From Balanoglossus misakiensis (taxonomy: Eukaryota > Animalia > Hemichordata): DNA of 64,000 bases. How positions within the stretch are numbered: the stretch's first letter is position 1; every line of letters begins with the position of its first letter. The notes beneath the pieces were generated by a model. The model saw only the letters and a list, made by a program, of their open reading frames with translations. It made no database searches and had not been told where the DNA came from. The stretch lies in contig CM082589.2 of NCBI GenBank assembly GCA_040954595.2, forward strand, positions 9,374,894 to 9,438,893, written 5' to 3'. Of the stretch, positions 37,811 to 49,931 are shown in pieces. Both the position numbers and the translations under genes were made by a program.

Positions 37811-38296
37811 CAGCTAATCAACATATATGGTGATGGAAGGTGCTTTTTCAGGAGCATCTCTGTGAGAAATGATTTTGCATTGCGAAATTGCGATCGTCTA
37901 CCTAATGGACTCCCTTCTGACCCAATTTTAGCTGACCGAGAGAAAATATTCGCAGACAAGTTAAGAGCAGATACAGTAGACATAATGTGTGCCAATCATA
38001 TATACTTTGAAGGACTGGATGATGCACAACTTGATGTCTTGTTAGACGGCACTCGTTATATGGACATTTTGCACAGAACACAATGTATGGAAAAGGCAGA
38101 TGAATATGCTGGTATGCCAGAAATGTTATCTGTAGTGTATGTTGCAAAATGTCCATTACATATATATACACCAAGCAGAATGATATATTTGGAAGAGGAG
38201 AAACATTTGGTGATGTGTTCTCCAAGACTGAGCCTGTCTGTCTCTTGTACACACCAGACAGGCCAGGTCAATCAGGCCATTATGATTTGCTTCTTA
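37811..38296 (+). pseudogene. OTU-like cysteine protease domain within the Academ coding region
   Basis: QLINIYGDGRCFFRSIS (Cys TGC 37841-37843), KLRADTVDIM, EYAGMPEMLSV..CPLHIY, then after a 2-bp TA slip at ~38165 PVCLLY..SGHYDLL (His CAT 38278-38280). Confidence 0.8.
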
Positions 38297-38297
38297 A

Positions 38298-39282
38298 GGT
38301 AGTTGGAAAGGCTAGGGCGTCAGTTAAAATTTCATTTATAAACACCGAATTTATAACTAGAAATATATTAGAGAAAAATTAAACTCATAAAAAATTCGGG
38401 GCAATAAACGTGTAACAAGATATGGCTGGTTTTATGATACCTAATTTCATACATCTGGCAAGGAAGCTAGGGAGCCTTATTTGAGCGCCCTCTAGGGGAA
38501 GACTTCTCCTAGGCTATGCGCACAAGGACGGGTTCCCCTAGCCAAGGGCATTTAAATGTAACTTGCAAACACTGATTCTTGCAATTTTCAACGATAGATA
38601 ACCTTGCTTGTTTATTAAAGGCTGCCAAATTATGGACATTTTTGCATTTCTAGGGAACCCGAAAGGCCAGCGGAAAGGCGTTTGACCCAGATAAATGCGA
38701 TCCTTCGCCGTGAACTGCCGCTAAACTTTGCGTATTTCGCTACTTTTCTGCCCTTCGCCATAATGTAATGGTTTTTATTTGTGATTGAATTGGTATGCCA
38801 GATATTTTTTTATCATGAAACTTTCAGGAAAGGCTCGGGACATCCCAAAGAACAATTTTACAGGACAGTTTTTTCATAAGTTTTCCCGTTGTGTTTTGGC
38901 AGCACGTTAAAGTTGTTTACAAAATATCAACAAAAACTGTGTTTTCCTGAGTGATAACTTTGAAAAAAATAAGTTTATGCTGAAAATGTCCCATACATTG
39001 CTTGAGGGGTTGCTTAATATTAAAATGAATACAAATTATTCAATCATTTGTGAAAACATGTCAAGATTCAATCAATATTTTGTAAAATTATGAATATTTA
39101 TATTTAGGCATATCAAATTTCTTAATTTTAGCAGATATTTTTACAGTCATATTTTTCCCTCACTTTTTAGTTTGTTAAGAATACATGCTGCAAATTTCAA
39201 GTCATTATCTTTATTCTAACTTGTGACAATAAATTCACAAACATTGAGAGAATTTGCTTCAAAAATAGCCTTTCCATCTACC
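38298..39282. mobile_element. Kolobok-like non-autonomous transposon
   Basis: TTAA-GGTAGTTGGAAAGGCTA...TAGCCTTTCCATCTACC-TTAA; removing it restores HYDLLLNRQLIKSKD. Confidence 0.88.
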
Positions 39283-40909
39283 TTAACAGGCAGTTAATTA
39301 AAAGTAAAGATAGTCTGGTGAATGAAAATGCACAGAATTCATTTGAACGGTGGCAGGAATTAAACAGTGGCTTTTGTTCATAAAATACAGTAGACTCTGA
39401 AATGAATGAATTTTTTGGCGATTTTCCTTGTGGAAATAATACTAAAATCATGGTTGACAGATCTACCTCAAAAATACTGGTACAGATTTGAGTGCACCTG
39501 TGAGAAAAGCCCATACATTTACAGAGAAAAAATCTAATGATACTGTTCATGATGATGTAGTATTTAATTAAACCACCTCTACTGAGACAACATCAACCAC
39601 AGTCATCAATTTCGCTGTCAGATTTTGACATTAAACAAGACGAATCCATTGCTTGGTCAGAACTGTTTTCCATAATACCCAGCACTGATTTTTTTGTGAC
39701 AGTACACAGTACGATATTTCACCCACAATTCTCCATGATTTGTATCATTGAAGGTTGCCCATTTAATAACTTTTTCTGTTTTATATACTTACAATGATAT
39801 GAAGTACATATACATCTATTTATTTTTATCTAGGAAAAGTACGATTAGGAATTAGAGTGAAAATTTCAAAATCAAAATTTAAAAGCCATAGAAATCAAAG
39901 TATCCATGTACTGCAAATGTCACACTTTGGAGGAAACAAGCAATGATTGACTGAAGTGGCCAGTCTCTGTTGAAAGTTAACATGCAAATTTCCATTGTTC
40001 TGTCAATAGAAAAAATCAATATCTTTTTGTTTGATTAAACAGTTGTTTCAAGTGACCCTGTTTTACTCCAAACTTTTTTGTATGGCTGGCTATACAATTG
40101 CTTGATTATTTTATAAAATTCGTATCTCCTCTCTCAATAATGCATAATTTTCTAAATCATTTGAAATGGTAATTGACAATAAGATTCACCTTAAAGGTAA
40201 GATCTCAAAATTTCTATTAGTGGTCTACAATTCTCTCTACACATGTGAACTTTGCCTGGTTTGACTGAGTAATCTCTGATTGTACAAATCAGAATGAATT
40301 ATGGGATATTTCACGTACTGTGCAGAAGGGCAAATACAGACAAAACTTTCAAATTTTGGGTTAGATTTATAGAGGAAGATTTGTTTGCATACATGTCTTT
40401 GTACATTGCAATAAGGTCAGGAAATTGGAACCTTCGAATATTGGCTTTGAAAAAAAATGAACCCACTGTTCCATGCATATGACCGATCCCTGTACTTGAG
40501 GTTAATTCCCAGACATCTTGCTGACCTTCTGAAGATGCCAAACTCTCTGTTGTTACATTTCAAAGCAGGTGGTTTTGTTAGCAATTAGTCAGGCTCAACT
40601 TGGGTTAATGTAGCACTAGTTGAAGCCCATGAAATGTGCGTCAATAAAGATGTTAAAGCTGCACTGCATACTTCTACAGGTGGGTTAATGGAGAGAATAG
40701 CAATTTATTTACCCTATAGAGCTATGGCTGCCAAGAATCTAAAATATCAGTTATTTCCTTTCCAAAATGAAACCCATAATTCAGTTAGCGTACATAAAAT
40801 ACATGAGTCAAACTGCAGGTTGTATATCAATTGTCTTGAAGGTGCTGATGTATTTTCACCACTTAATACCGCCAGGGAGCTAACTAATATATTTTCAGAT
40901 GACACAGCA

Positions 40910-41770
40910 AAATATAGCATCACGGACACTGTGGTCCCATTTGAGGATTATGTGGAAATAGTGACACACCAGAATAAAAATTACAGGTGACATTGCAAGC
41001 AGATATGATCTTACGATATAGAAACATGGAATGTAAAAAAATTAACAAGGAACATGACCAAAAATTGTCTGTACAAACACATATGAGAAGCAACTTCTTT
41101 CAGTCAGCCCTGGAACAGACAGACAGACACACACACACACTGACCTGCCACTAGTAATTAAAAATTTAATAGCCCATGATCTCTCTAATAGCTGGCTTAT
41201 TGAAGTTATGTAAACATGTCTAAGTTGGGGGTAACAACTCCTTGTAAACAGTAACTTTCAAAACAACTGGACAATTTGTTTAGGAGAAAAAACTCGCTAA
41301 ATATTGAATATTTCTGATATCAGAATTGAATAAAAGTTGCACATATATACGTATGTGTTAGGAAATTATATCCTAAATTTCAAAGCAATCAGAGAAAAAA
41401 CAAATTTCAAAGCAATCAACAAGCAGTTTCACAAAAGATATTTGTTCAAAAGTGGCAAAAACACAAATATGCAAATATCACCAAAATTGTACAATATCTT
41501 ACTTCAATCACTTCAAGGAACATGCTGCCAAAGTTCAATGCAATATGACAAGCAGTTTCAGGAAAACAATTTTTTGACAAAAATTGCAAAAGTTTCCCCG
41601 ATAACACATTTATGAAAATATCACATTTTGTTCAACATATTACTTGGGTTACCCCTACGAACATGCCTACAAAATTGCAAAGCAATCTGGCATGCGGTTT
41701 TAAAGAAAACAAAAATTTACCAAAAATGACAAATATTGCTCAAAATTATAAATATGCAAATTTTTCAACA
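40910..41770. mobile_element. Non-coding insertion(s) in the Academ ORF, possibly Helentron-associated (HINE-like) repeats; boundaries approximate
   Basis: (CAGA)n(CA)n microsatellite at ~41115-41140 and CAAAGCAATC/AACATGC subrepeats whose reverse complements recur at 54.4-55.7 kb and 58.4-58.8 kb. Confidence 0.4.
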
Positions 41771-43099
41771 AATAGGGACAAGAGTCTTTTCGTCGGTAGT
41801 AATGGAATTGTGTCTGAGTGGGAAGCCAAAAGTTGTCATGAAGAAGCTGACAGTAGATGCATCCTTCATGCAGTTCAGTCCTCTTACAAGAAAGGTGTTA
41901 TTTACTCCCCTAATATCGATACTTATCATGTTCTCCTCCCAGTACTATATCAACATGTTCAAAAGGAGATATTTGTACAACTTGATAATGATTTATCAAA
42001 TCTCACTTATTTAGACATGAATCAATTCAAATCAGATTTAAATTTAGACCCTGATTTGCAACATATTCCTCTCCAATATTTAGGCAAAATATTTCAAACA
42101 CTGTTCATATGCACAGGTTGTGACTATACTTTGCAGGCATTGGAAATAAATCTTTCTACAAGACATTTTTTCAATACTCTGAATTTATAACTAGTGGCAC
42201 CCTTATACCTGGAACACTGATAGACACAACAGTAGACAGTGTAGGGAATGGAATTTTTGCTTTCATACGTTTAAAAGGTAGTGTTTATGTTAAGAAACAT
42301 TTCCAAGCATTTGATGCATCTCATCCTTTTGAACTTTATCGACAAGTAGCCAGTGTCACTAACAGTCTTAAAGATAACCACATCAAATGGCTTACATATA
42401 TACGAGAAACAATTTGGCCACGTATCCAGTATGAGGAAGAATGTATCCCTTCCTTTGAAGCCCTACAACTGCACTGGAACAGATCATGCTGGGTCTCTCA
42501 GTTATGGTCCCAGGCCGATCAGTGCCATGTTACGTTTCCCTTATTCAATAATTATGGATACAGACTAAGCAACGGCGAACTTGATATTATTTGGGACAGT
42601 GATGCCAATTTAGAAAAAGTAAAACTAATTTGGAGTTGCTAACAAAAGGGTGTGGCTGCAAAAAGATGCCAACTTGTAATAGCAGATGTTGTAAATGTTA
42701 TAAGACCCACAATGGTTGTGGCCCTGCGTGTCGATGCAATGACTGCAGTAATCCACATAATGGGAACCCTGGATTCTGTACCACATCGAAAAAGTATGGG
42801 GTATACCCAAAATTTACAGATAAGTCACCACTATTAGAATCACCATCACCAATCACTGATACTGAACATCATAATATGGAAAATAGCATCGATGCAATTT
42901 TACAGGAGGAGTCACATGAAATTGACATTTTAAGAGAAGAAGAGGGAAATATTTACGAGACTGATTCTGACTTTGACGAACTGACTGATGAATATAACTG
43001 GACGGAAGAAAATCAAACTGATAATGCAAAGAATGGTGATTGTGATTCCAATGATGGTGACTATGATGACATTTAATGAATCATCAAAGAAATTGATTT

Positions 43100-44765
43100 G
43101 GTCTTTTGGGGGTTGCAGCCCTGTTGTGGTTTCAGTCATACCTTTCCAATCGCACCCTGTGTGTATGTGTTAATTTCAGACATGGTTACTATAACCGTGT
43201 TCCAAACAATCACCATTTTATCCGCTTGACACTGAGGGGACACAGGGATCAGTTCTTTGTCCTATACTTTTTAATATGTACACTTCTCCATTAGGTGAAT
43301 TAGTTTCTAGTCATGGATGCCTGTATATAGCTTTTGTGCAGATGGCTCTTCATTGTCTTTTACCAAGCAGAATGCTCCCAGAATGCTTTCAAATCTTGAA
43401 CGTTGTATTTCAGATGTCGGTACTGGATGTCTGAAAATGTCTTGTGTTTAAGATGGGTCCCTGGGATCTTTTTGCTCGTTGCTATGGGCCTTTATAGGAC
43501 ACTACACTCAATTTTGATCGAAACCGTTATGAACGTCCGACAAGGGGCTTGTAACTAGTTAAAAATACACACGATTGTGTGAACACCCCCTGCCCGAGTA
43601 TGTTTACGGCAGCTACCGCCCGGCCATAGGCCGCCACGCTAATACAGCAAAGCAGCGGTCATCGATAGCGTGCGCGTCCTGTAACCACAGTAACTGGATC
43701 GAACGCTAAAAATCCAATGTTTTGTACACAGAGATTTTGTACCGTTCACGAAAATCCCTAAGGCTTTTTTCACAGGCTATGTAGGCCAGCCAAATTTGAC
43801 CTGCTTGTTGAGAACGCACTTCCGCACAGTGTGACGGATCGTTTTTTCGGTTTTCGTCGTGCTAAGAAGCGATACCAGTGGAAGAGTGCGTCCAAAAACA
43901 CCCAAAATCGATGACTTTTTCAGGTGTGGTACGGGTATGCTGAAATCGTATGATACAACGATAATATTCGAAAACAAAATCCGTCATGATCTTCCCTGGT
44001 TCAAGCAACTAATGAATACATATCAAGTTCGTTTTTGAGGTCACGGAATAAAAAGCCTTAGGCTTTTGAAATTTGACCTAACTAATTTGCATATCAATGG
44101 CGTCAGGGGGCGCGCGCTCACAATCCTGCAGATTTTCAACTAGTTACCAGCCCCTTGTTAGACTCTGAAAACGGCTTAGTCCAAATCAGGTTGTAATGTC
44201 CTATAAAGGCCCATAGCAACGGGCAAAAAGATCCCAGGGACCCATCTTAAATAACGATAAGACTGAATTTGTTATTTTTTCTGCTACTTCGGGTAATCTA
44301 TCTGCCAGAGGGATTACAGAAATTCATGTTGCGATGCTCTGAAACCTGTTCATTGACTGACAATAATTGCACAGATCTGCCATTCAGTCGCTTTTCATTT
44401 GCAGCATATTGCACTTGTCTGTAAATATTTATCTCAAGCCGCCACAGAGCAATAAAGTTCCTGCTTTTGTTGCATTTCGAATAGATTCGTGTAATTCACT
44501 TTAATTTGGACTCCCTAAGTACTAGATCAGCCGTATTCAAGTTCAAAATATTGCTGCTAGTTCCAAAATCACCTTTTACATCAATGCAATTTCAGTTGCA
44601 TTGGTTACCTGTGTCTGATTGTATTGTTTTCAAGATTTTATTTCTTATTTTTGAATTCATTCATAGACTTGGACCATCAAATCTGTGTGATATGATCAAA
44701 TTATATGTTCCAAATCGAAACTTGAAGTCAGCTGATCAGCTCAAACTCTTTCCTGTTCAGCCCAA
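43100..44765 (+). mobile_element. L2-clade LINE reverse transcriptase fragment, decayed
   Basis: GVAALLWFQSYLSNRT, QGSVLCPILF.MYTSPLG, WMSENVLCLNNDKTEF (after removing 43452-44246) and QLHWLPV..IVFKIL. Confidence 0.85.
43452..44246. mobile_element. Kolobok-like non-autonomous transposon nested in the L2 fragment
   Basis: TTAA-GATGGGTCCCTGGGATCTTTTTGC...GCAAAAAGATCCCAGGGACCCATC-TTAA; ~115-bp imperfect inverted repeats. Confidence 0.9.
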
Positions 44766-45820
44766 TGCAATGATGACAACAAAAGTCAAAACAAAATTGC
44801 TTGCCTTCAGACACAAATATTTATTGCATATATCATCAGCGAATAAAGGGAAATGGTTTCGAAGTTACAGTTGGCATTTTGCATTTTCGAAACGTCTACT
44901 TATATCCCAGGCCACGATACGGAGAAAAAAAATAAAAATACACCAGCTGAGCTCATCGCACGTACGAAGTCATGAATGGTAAACCTGGCATTCTGTCCAT
45001 ATGGGACCTACATTTGTAGGCGATTGATCGATGTTGTGTCGAAATCAGGCCCGTAATTAAGTTAAAACTTGGCTAATACGTTACCTTAGGGTGTTATACA
45101 TTATCCAGTAACTGTTTTACTTAAGAATTGCCTTTCAAAAGCTGTTTTCCCCACGGTAAACGTATCGTTTCACGATCAACGCAACACTTCTGTATTTACA
45201 AGTCTAACATGGAGCCGGAGAGGTCAACTTTTACTTCCGGGTCATATCGTCGAACGACATCGATTATTTTTAAGCGGACTGTTACACAAGCATTTCGAAT
45301 TAATTTATTTTCACGGATGTCGGGACCGATATTAGACCTCTCTGTCAGGAAAGTTTGGTTAACTTCCGAGGTCGTTTTCAAATGATTTTTGACACGTTTG
45401 TGGACGTCTCTTTCGGGGTCACCAACATACCACCGAAAACACGTTAAAAACTTCTACTATTACCGACAGATTTTCATAAAATTTACGTCTGCATTGAAAA
45501 ATGGGAATCACTTTCGTAATTTATCCAGCTAACATGGTATTTTATTGCACAACAGAGCGTAAAAATCAAGTTGAAAATCACCTTGGAAACTGGCCTATTG
45601 CCGTCTGTTTGAAAGTTAACGGTCGCTCGCTTGATGAACTTTCATATGCAAATGAGCGCCGTGCGATCTGACTGTGTATATGTACTCCGTGTAGACTGAA
45701 TGGGACCACTGTGTGCTTGACGCAATTTTTTACACTCATCAGGTATATTTTGACTAACACAAGCCAAAATATCACCAACTCATCTGAGAAATCTTATCCC
45801 AGGTCCTAAGGTTGTGAGAT

Positions 45821-46228
45821 TAATAGAATCTCACACTCCCAAGGACTAGGGGTCATAATTCTGACATGAGTTGGGGATTTTCTGTCCCTCACGAGCCGCA
45901 GGCGAATGTGGGACAAAACATCCCTGACAAGTGTGGGAAATATGATCCTAGGTCCTTTGTGTATGAGATTATATTTCTCACACGGGCAAAAATTAGCCAA
46001 ATTCGTCTTAAAACATTGAATAAATGACTCTTGAATTGTCATCTGGCATGTTGTAGTTTCTTTATCGTGTCATTGGATAACATTTAGCACAAGTTATTAA
46101 AAAACGCTTTGTCATCCAATCAGCGCTCGCATCATATACAGCTTTCGTTTCAGTGAGAATGTGGGATTGATTTGTTCTCACACTCTGATCCCACACTCTC
46201 AGCGTGCCAGGAGTGTGAGAATCTATTA
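45821..46228. mobile_element. Complete copy of the palindromic Crypton-like family of 22097-22491
   Basis: Terminal repeats TAATAGAATCTCACACTCC / GGAGTGTGAGAATCTATTA; AGAT on both sides (or TTAA, depending on how the ends are defined). Confidence 0.75.
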
Positions 46229-46546
46229 AGATCTACGAGTTTGAAATCTTAGGTGAAGAGTTTATCAATTTCACTGCCAACCCTGTAGGGCATTCTGGGA
46301 TATGTGTTCATGCCAAAGCACAAACAGTTATGACCTGACAGATCAGTTTGTAGATAATTTCTACAAATCCACAAAGAGACTCAAAGTTTAGAAAAGTCGT
46401 GTCTGTTAGAAATATTAGAAATATCACTGTTAATACTAATTTCAAAGCCATGTGAATTTGTTCACTTTATGGAAATTTTTAAAGGAAGGGAGGATTGGTA
46501 TTGACTTGAATAATTACAACAGATGTTTTTTTCCCTCTATTTTCAG

Positions 46547-46666
46547 ATGTGAATGAGTGTTCAGATTCTGTTTGTGCTGGAGGTTTTCTCAATGCAGAGG
46601 GTGGATTCAGCTGTTGTTGCGGTGATGATGGTTTCTCTATGAGTGCAGATCATGTCAATTGTTTAG
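46547..46666 (+). pseudogene. cbEGF exon 3, degenerate (120 nt, phase 1-1)
   Basis: (D)VNECSDSVCAGGFLNAEGGFSCCCGDDGFSMSADHVNCL; third Cys replaced by Phe; TTTCAG / GTAAGT splice sites. Confidence 0.88.
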
Positions 46667-47101
46667 GTAAGTTTTTTTTGAGTGGGGAGGGGATAGGTCA
46701 ACAATGGCTTGGCATTTCCTGCCTCAAAAGGGCGCTTACAGAAGTTGTAAGTGACAAAGATTACAGCCAGTCACCATGTAAAAACAAATATAAGTTATCA
46801 GGCACTTTCCAAAGTTACACATTTAAAAAAAATTGAGTTTGTTGTCTCGTGTGTGATATTTTTGGCTTGCAGAACACTAGCTTGTAAAATGTAATGTGGT
46901 TACTACATTGTTTGTTCATCAGTATACAGTACTGGTACAGATAAACATATGATATGACCAAGTTATATGCCAGATGATATTTACTAAGTTTCACACAATT
47001 TTGCTCTCTTGTCGTATATTTTCAAATGTGCACTCAAGGACAACTGTAATTCAGATGTATTCATTCTAACACAATTTATCATATTCGTGTTTTCCCCACA
47101 G

Positions 47102-47211
47102 ATGACAATGAGTGTGATCAAGCTGGTTGGTCACCGTGCCAATAAGTATGTTACAACACACCAACCAGTTACCAGTGTGGTTGCAGACCAGGATTCAACA
47201 TACATGCGTTG
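47102..47211 (+). pseudogene. cbEGF exon 4, disabled (110 nt)
   Basis: (D)DNECDQAGWSPCQ*VCYNTPTSYQCGCRPGFNI; TAA at 47143 and a frameshifting deletion before the final TCV; CACAG / GTGAGT splice sites. Confidence 0.88.
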
Positions 47212-47352
47212 GTGAGTATCTACAATTTGGAGAGAAAGTAAGATGTATGGGTTTGTACTTAGTGTCTTATACATGTATATGTGACACTGAAATCATATAT
47301 TGTACAATCAGTCATTGGTAAATGTCTGCTATTCATGACACAAATCAACATA

Positions 47353-47538
47353 CAGTCAAACATGTGTGAGTGGCCACCTCTATTAGGCAGCCACCTCTAT
47401 ATAGTGGTCACTTTATTCTAGTCCCTGTGCAATTTACATCTACATTAATTGACTTTTCTACAAGGTATAATGGCCACTTATCTATAAAGGCCAGTTTAGA
47501 AAAGTCCCTTCACTAGCCATAATGGGCAGGTTTGACAG
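47353..47538. mobile_element. Tc1/mariner(pogo)-like MITE, degenerate
   Basis: TA-CAGTCAAACATG...CAGGTTTGACAG; related to 32682-33014. Confidence 0.6.
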
Positions 47539-47996
47539 CTGTTGTGTTGATTTCTGTCTGTTTTACGTGTAACACAATCATGACATTTTTCATAAAGAGG
47601 GCAGCCTTCCAAAATAAAGTGTCATCTCCATGCAGACAATGTGAAAAAGGCGGTCAGTAGAGTACTGCTCGAGCTCATCTAGTTTGTTGTATACATGATA
47701 CAAGTTGCGTGTAAAACTGACCTTACAATAAAATGTGGCTGTCGAACATAAGTCCCAACTGTAGTGTTGATACACAAGACAATCAAGTTTTTACTTTGTG
47801 ACCAACTGGCCTCATGTTTGCGTCTTGGAAGGGTAACATGACTGCATAGCAATGTTTTATTAAAATTTGGTACATAGAGAAATGGACTATTGTGACAGTA
47901 TTGACTCTGGGAACTATGTAGATGATGCCCAGCCTAAAATACTGACTCTCTGCAAATATATTTTTTAGCATTTTCGTTCAATTGTACTTTCAAGTA

Positions 47997-48166
47997 CAGT
48001 CAAACCCGTCTAACACCAAAGGGACTGAAGAAATTGTTCAGATTGCAGGTGTCCAATTTAAAGAGGTTCTTTCAACATGTGGTTCCATGTCAAAAGGTTT
48101 GAACAATGTCTTTGAAATAGACAGGTTTCCAGATTAGACAGGGTTCGGTTGAGACAGGTTTTACTG
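47997..48166. mobile_element. Tc1/mariner(pogo)-like MITE
   Basis: TA-CAGTCAAACCCGTCT...AGACAGGTTTTACTG-TA. Confidence 0.7.
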
Positions 48167-49117
48167 TATTTTGATACATGCTCTGGCTTAACCCTTTCAC
48201 CACCATGGTTCAGTCTAAACCCTTTATTTTCTATGGTAAGGTTGGATCTTTAAAGAGGAAACTGTTTTTTTTCTGGGAATCTCTTTATTTCTTCTGTCAC
48301 AAAAATTGCATGGGAATTCTAATTCTAAAAGGAGAAATGATTTGATAAAAGATCTCAAAGTCAAGTTTTGGATGTGGCTCCATTTCAAGTATTGTAGGTG
48401 ACTAGTTTTTTGGAGTTCAAGTCTGTATACTTGCTATAGAGTTGGTCACACGTACTTGGGTAATCTGAGTGTGGTCAGAAATTGAACTTACACACATTGA
48501 GTTGAGTTACGAACATGTCTGGTGTATTACTGTAATATGACTAGATACTGCAAATGCATTAACTATAAGCGTATGTTAAAATACACAGTTTTCATCGATA
48601 TATCTGATTCACGAAATTAAATACACTTGTTCGTTAAAACACACTATGATATAGTACCCTCACTGTTCAGGATGTCCATTTTGAAGTCCTACATCTATGA
48701 CGTCATGCCTAGCTGTCAATGTTAACTGATGTGTACTTGTACTACTAGTAAATGGAAGTATTTTAAAGTAAAGCTCAGATGCAAGGTTTTTGTAAAATAA
48801 ATATAATATTAAAATGTTGCAATCATTTTAGTCCTTTGGAACAGCGGTCCAATTGATTAATGTGATCAATCTGTGTGCGACATAGGGCATATTAAGCATT
48901 TAGTATTTTTCAATCAGAAACCGTTAATCCTGTGACTCTAGACGTATTCTGCTTCTTGCAACATTGACTTTAAATCACCACACATGAATATATTTATCCA
49001 AAGGACTGCGGTGCCCAAGTTTTAATGATAAGAGAAACAAACAGTGTAATTCACTGAAGAAGTGAGCGAGCACTTGCCCATTCATTGCTCAATGAAAGGT
49101 GACCACCAAAACAAAAG

Positions 49118-49909
49118 TATTGAAAAAATAACCTGAAGTTGGAGTTATTGAGTTTTAAATTGATTTCAATCATCTCCCAGGTGAAAAGCTTGGATTGGCT
49201 GAAGCTCCTGTAGTCAGTTACCTGTAGGTAGATTGACACACATGACAATGTTTGACTGTTTACACATTTCTTTGTTTGATCTTTTAGAGGAATATTCAAG
49301 CACTGCAGAAGAATCTAGAGATGGCACAGAAAAAAAAAACTTGAATTGAAACAACAGCAAGATCAACATGCAAGACAAAGTCAACTCATAGCACTAAGAC
49401 AACAACATCAACAACAACATCAATTACAAAGGTTACAACAACAGAGAGCCCAACAACAACAACAACAACAACAAGCAGTGCAAGCACAGCCATCCAATAT
49501 ACAATCAACAAATCATTTATTGAAAAAATAACCTGAAGTTGGAGTTATTGAGTTTTAAATTGATTTCAATCATCTCCCAGGTGAAAAGCTTGGATTGGCT
49601 GAAGCTCCTGTAGTCAGTTACCTGTAGGTAGATTGACACACATGACAATGTTTGACTGTTTACACATTTCTTTGTTTGATCTTTTAGAGGAATATTCAAG
49701 CACTGCAGAAGAATCTAGAGATGGCACAGAAAAAAAAAACTTGAATTGAAACAACAGCAAGATCAACATGCAAGACAAAGTCAACTCATAGCACTAAGAC
49801 AACAACATCAACAACAACATCAATTACAAAGGTTACAACAACAGAGAGCCCAACAACAACAACAACAAGCAGTGCAAGCACAGCCATCCAATATACAATC
49901 AACAAATCA
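49118..49909. repeat. 400-bp tandem duplication covering an intron end and most of the Q-rich exon
   Basis: TATTGAAAAAATAACCTG at 49118 and 49518; the copies differ by two CAA units. Confidence 0.95.
49288..49515 (+). pseudogene. MED25: Truncated duplicate of the MED25 Q-rich exon (no donor, no LxxLL)
   Basis: Same sequence as 49688 onward but breaks off after STN. Confidence 0.7.
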
Positions 49910-49931
49910 ACAACTAAGTCACCTCTTACAA
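49688..49931 (+). pseudogene. MED25: MED25 Q-rich exon with NR-box (LxxLL); +1 frameshift in an A10 run
   Basis: TTTTAG acceptor, CAA|GTAAGT donor, 244 nt (243+1). Corrected: RNIQALQKNLEMAQKKKLELKQQQ...STNQQLSHLLQ, compared with human ANPQLRSLLL (recalled). Confidence 0.75.

Larger units (their letters stand above)
35851..43076 (+). mobile_element. Decayed AcademX-type DNA transposon (transposase + OTU-like insert + XPG-like nuclease + Cys-rich finger), interrupted by younger insertions
   Basis: Colinear motifs across stops and frameshifts: N-terminal CxxH/CxxC; IDPVLWNTVVYLT; RRLFC..CTYPLHTYLTD; SIDNIDK..FHGTSYQMVQP; AIRSGNWNLR..PLFHAYDR..HLADL..VALVEAHEMCVNKDVK; HEEADSRCILH..TGCDY..FAGIG; IPSFEALQLHW; GCGCKK.TCNSRCCKC..CGPACRCNDCSN; acidic tail to TAA 43076. 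Confidence 0.8.

Noticed and set aside
38298-39282. Intron after the OTU domain (AAG|GTAGTT)
   Set aside because: The apparent donor is the terminus of a TTAA-flanked transposon with a matching inverted end.
47590-47971. Coding-looking stretch checked for MED25 ACID exons
   Set aside because: No ACID or other recognisable motif in six frames.
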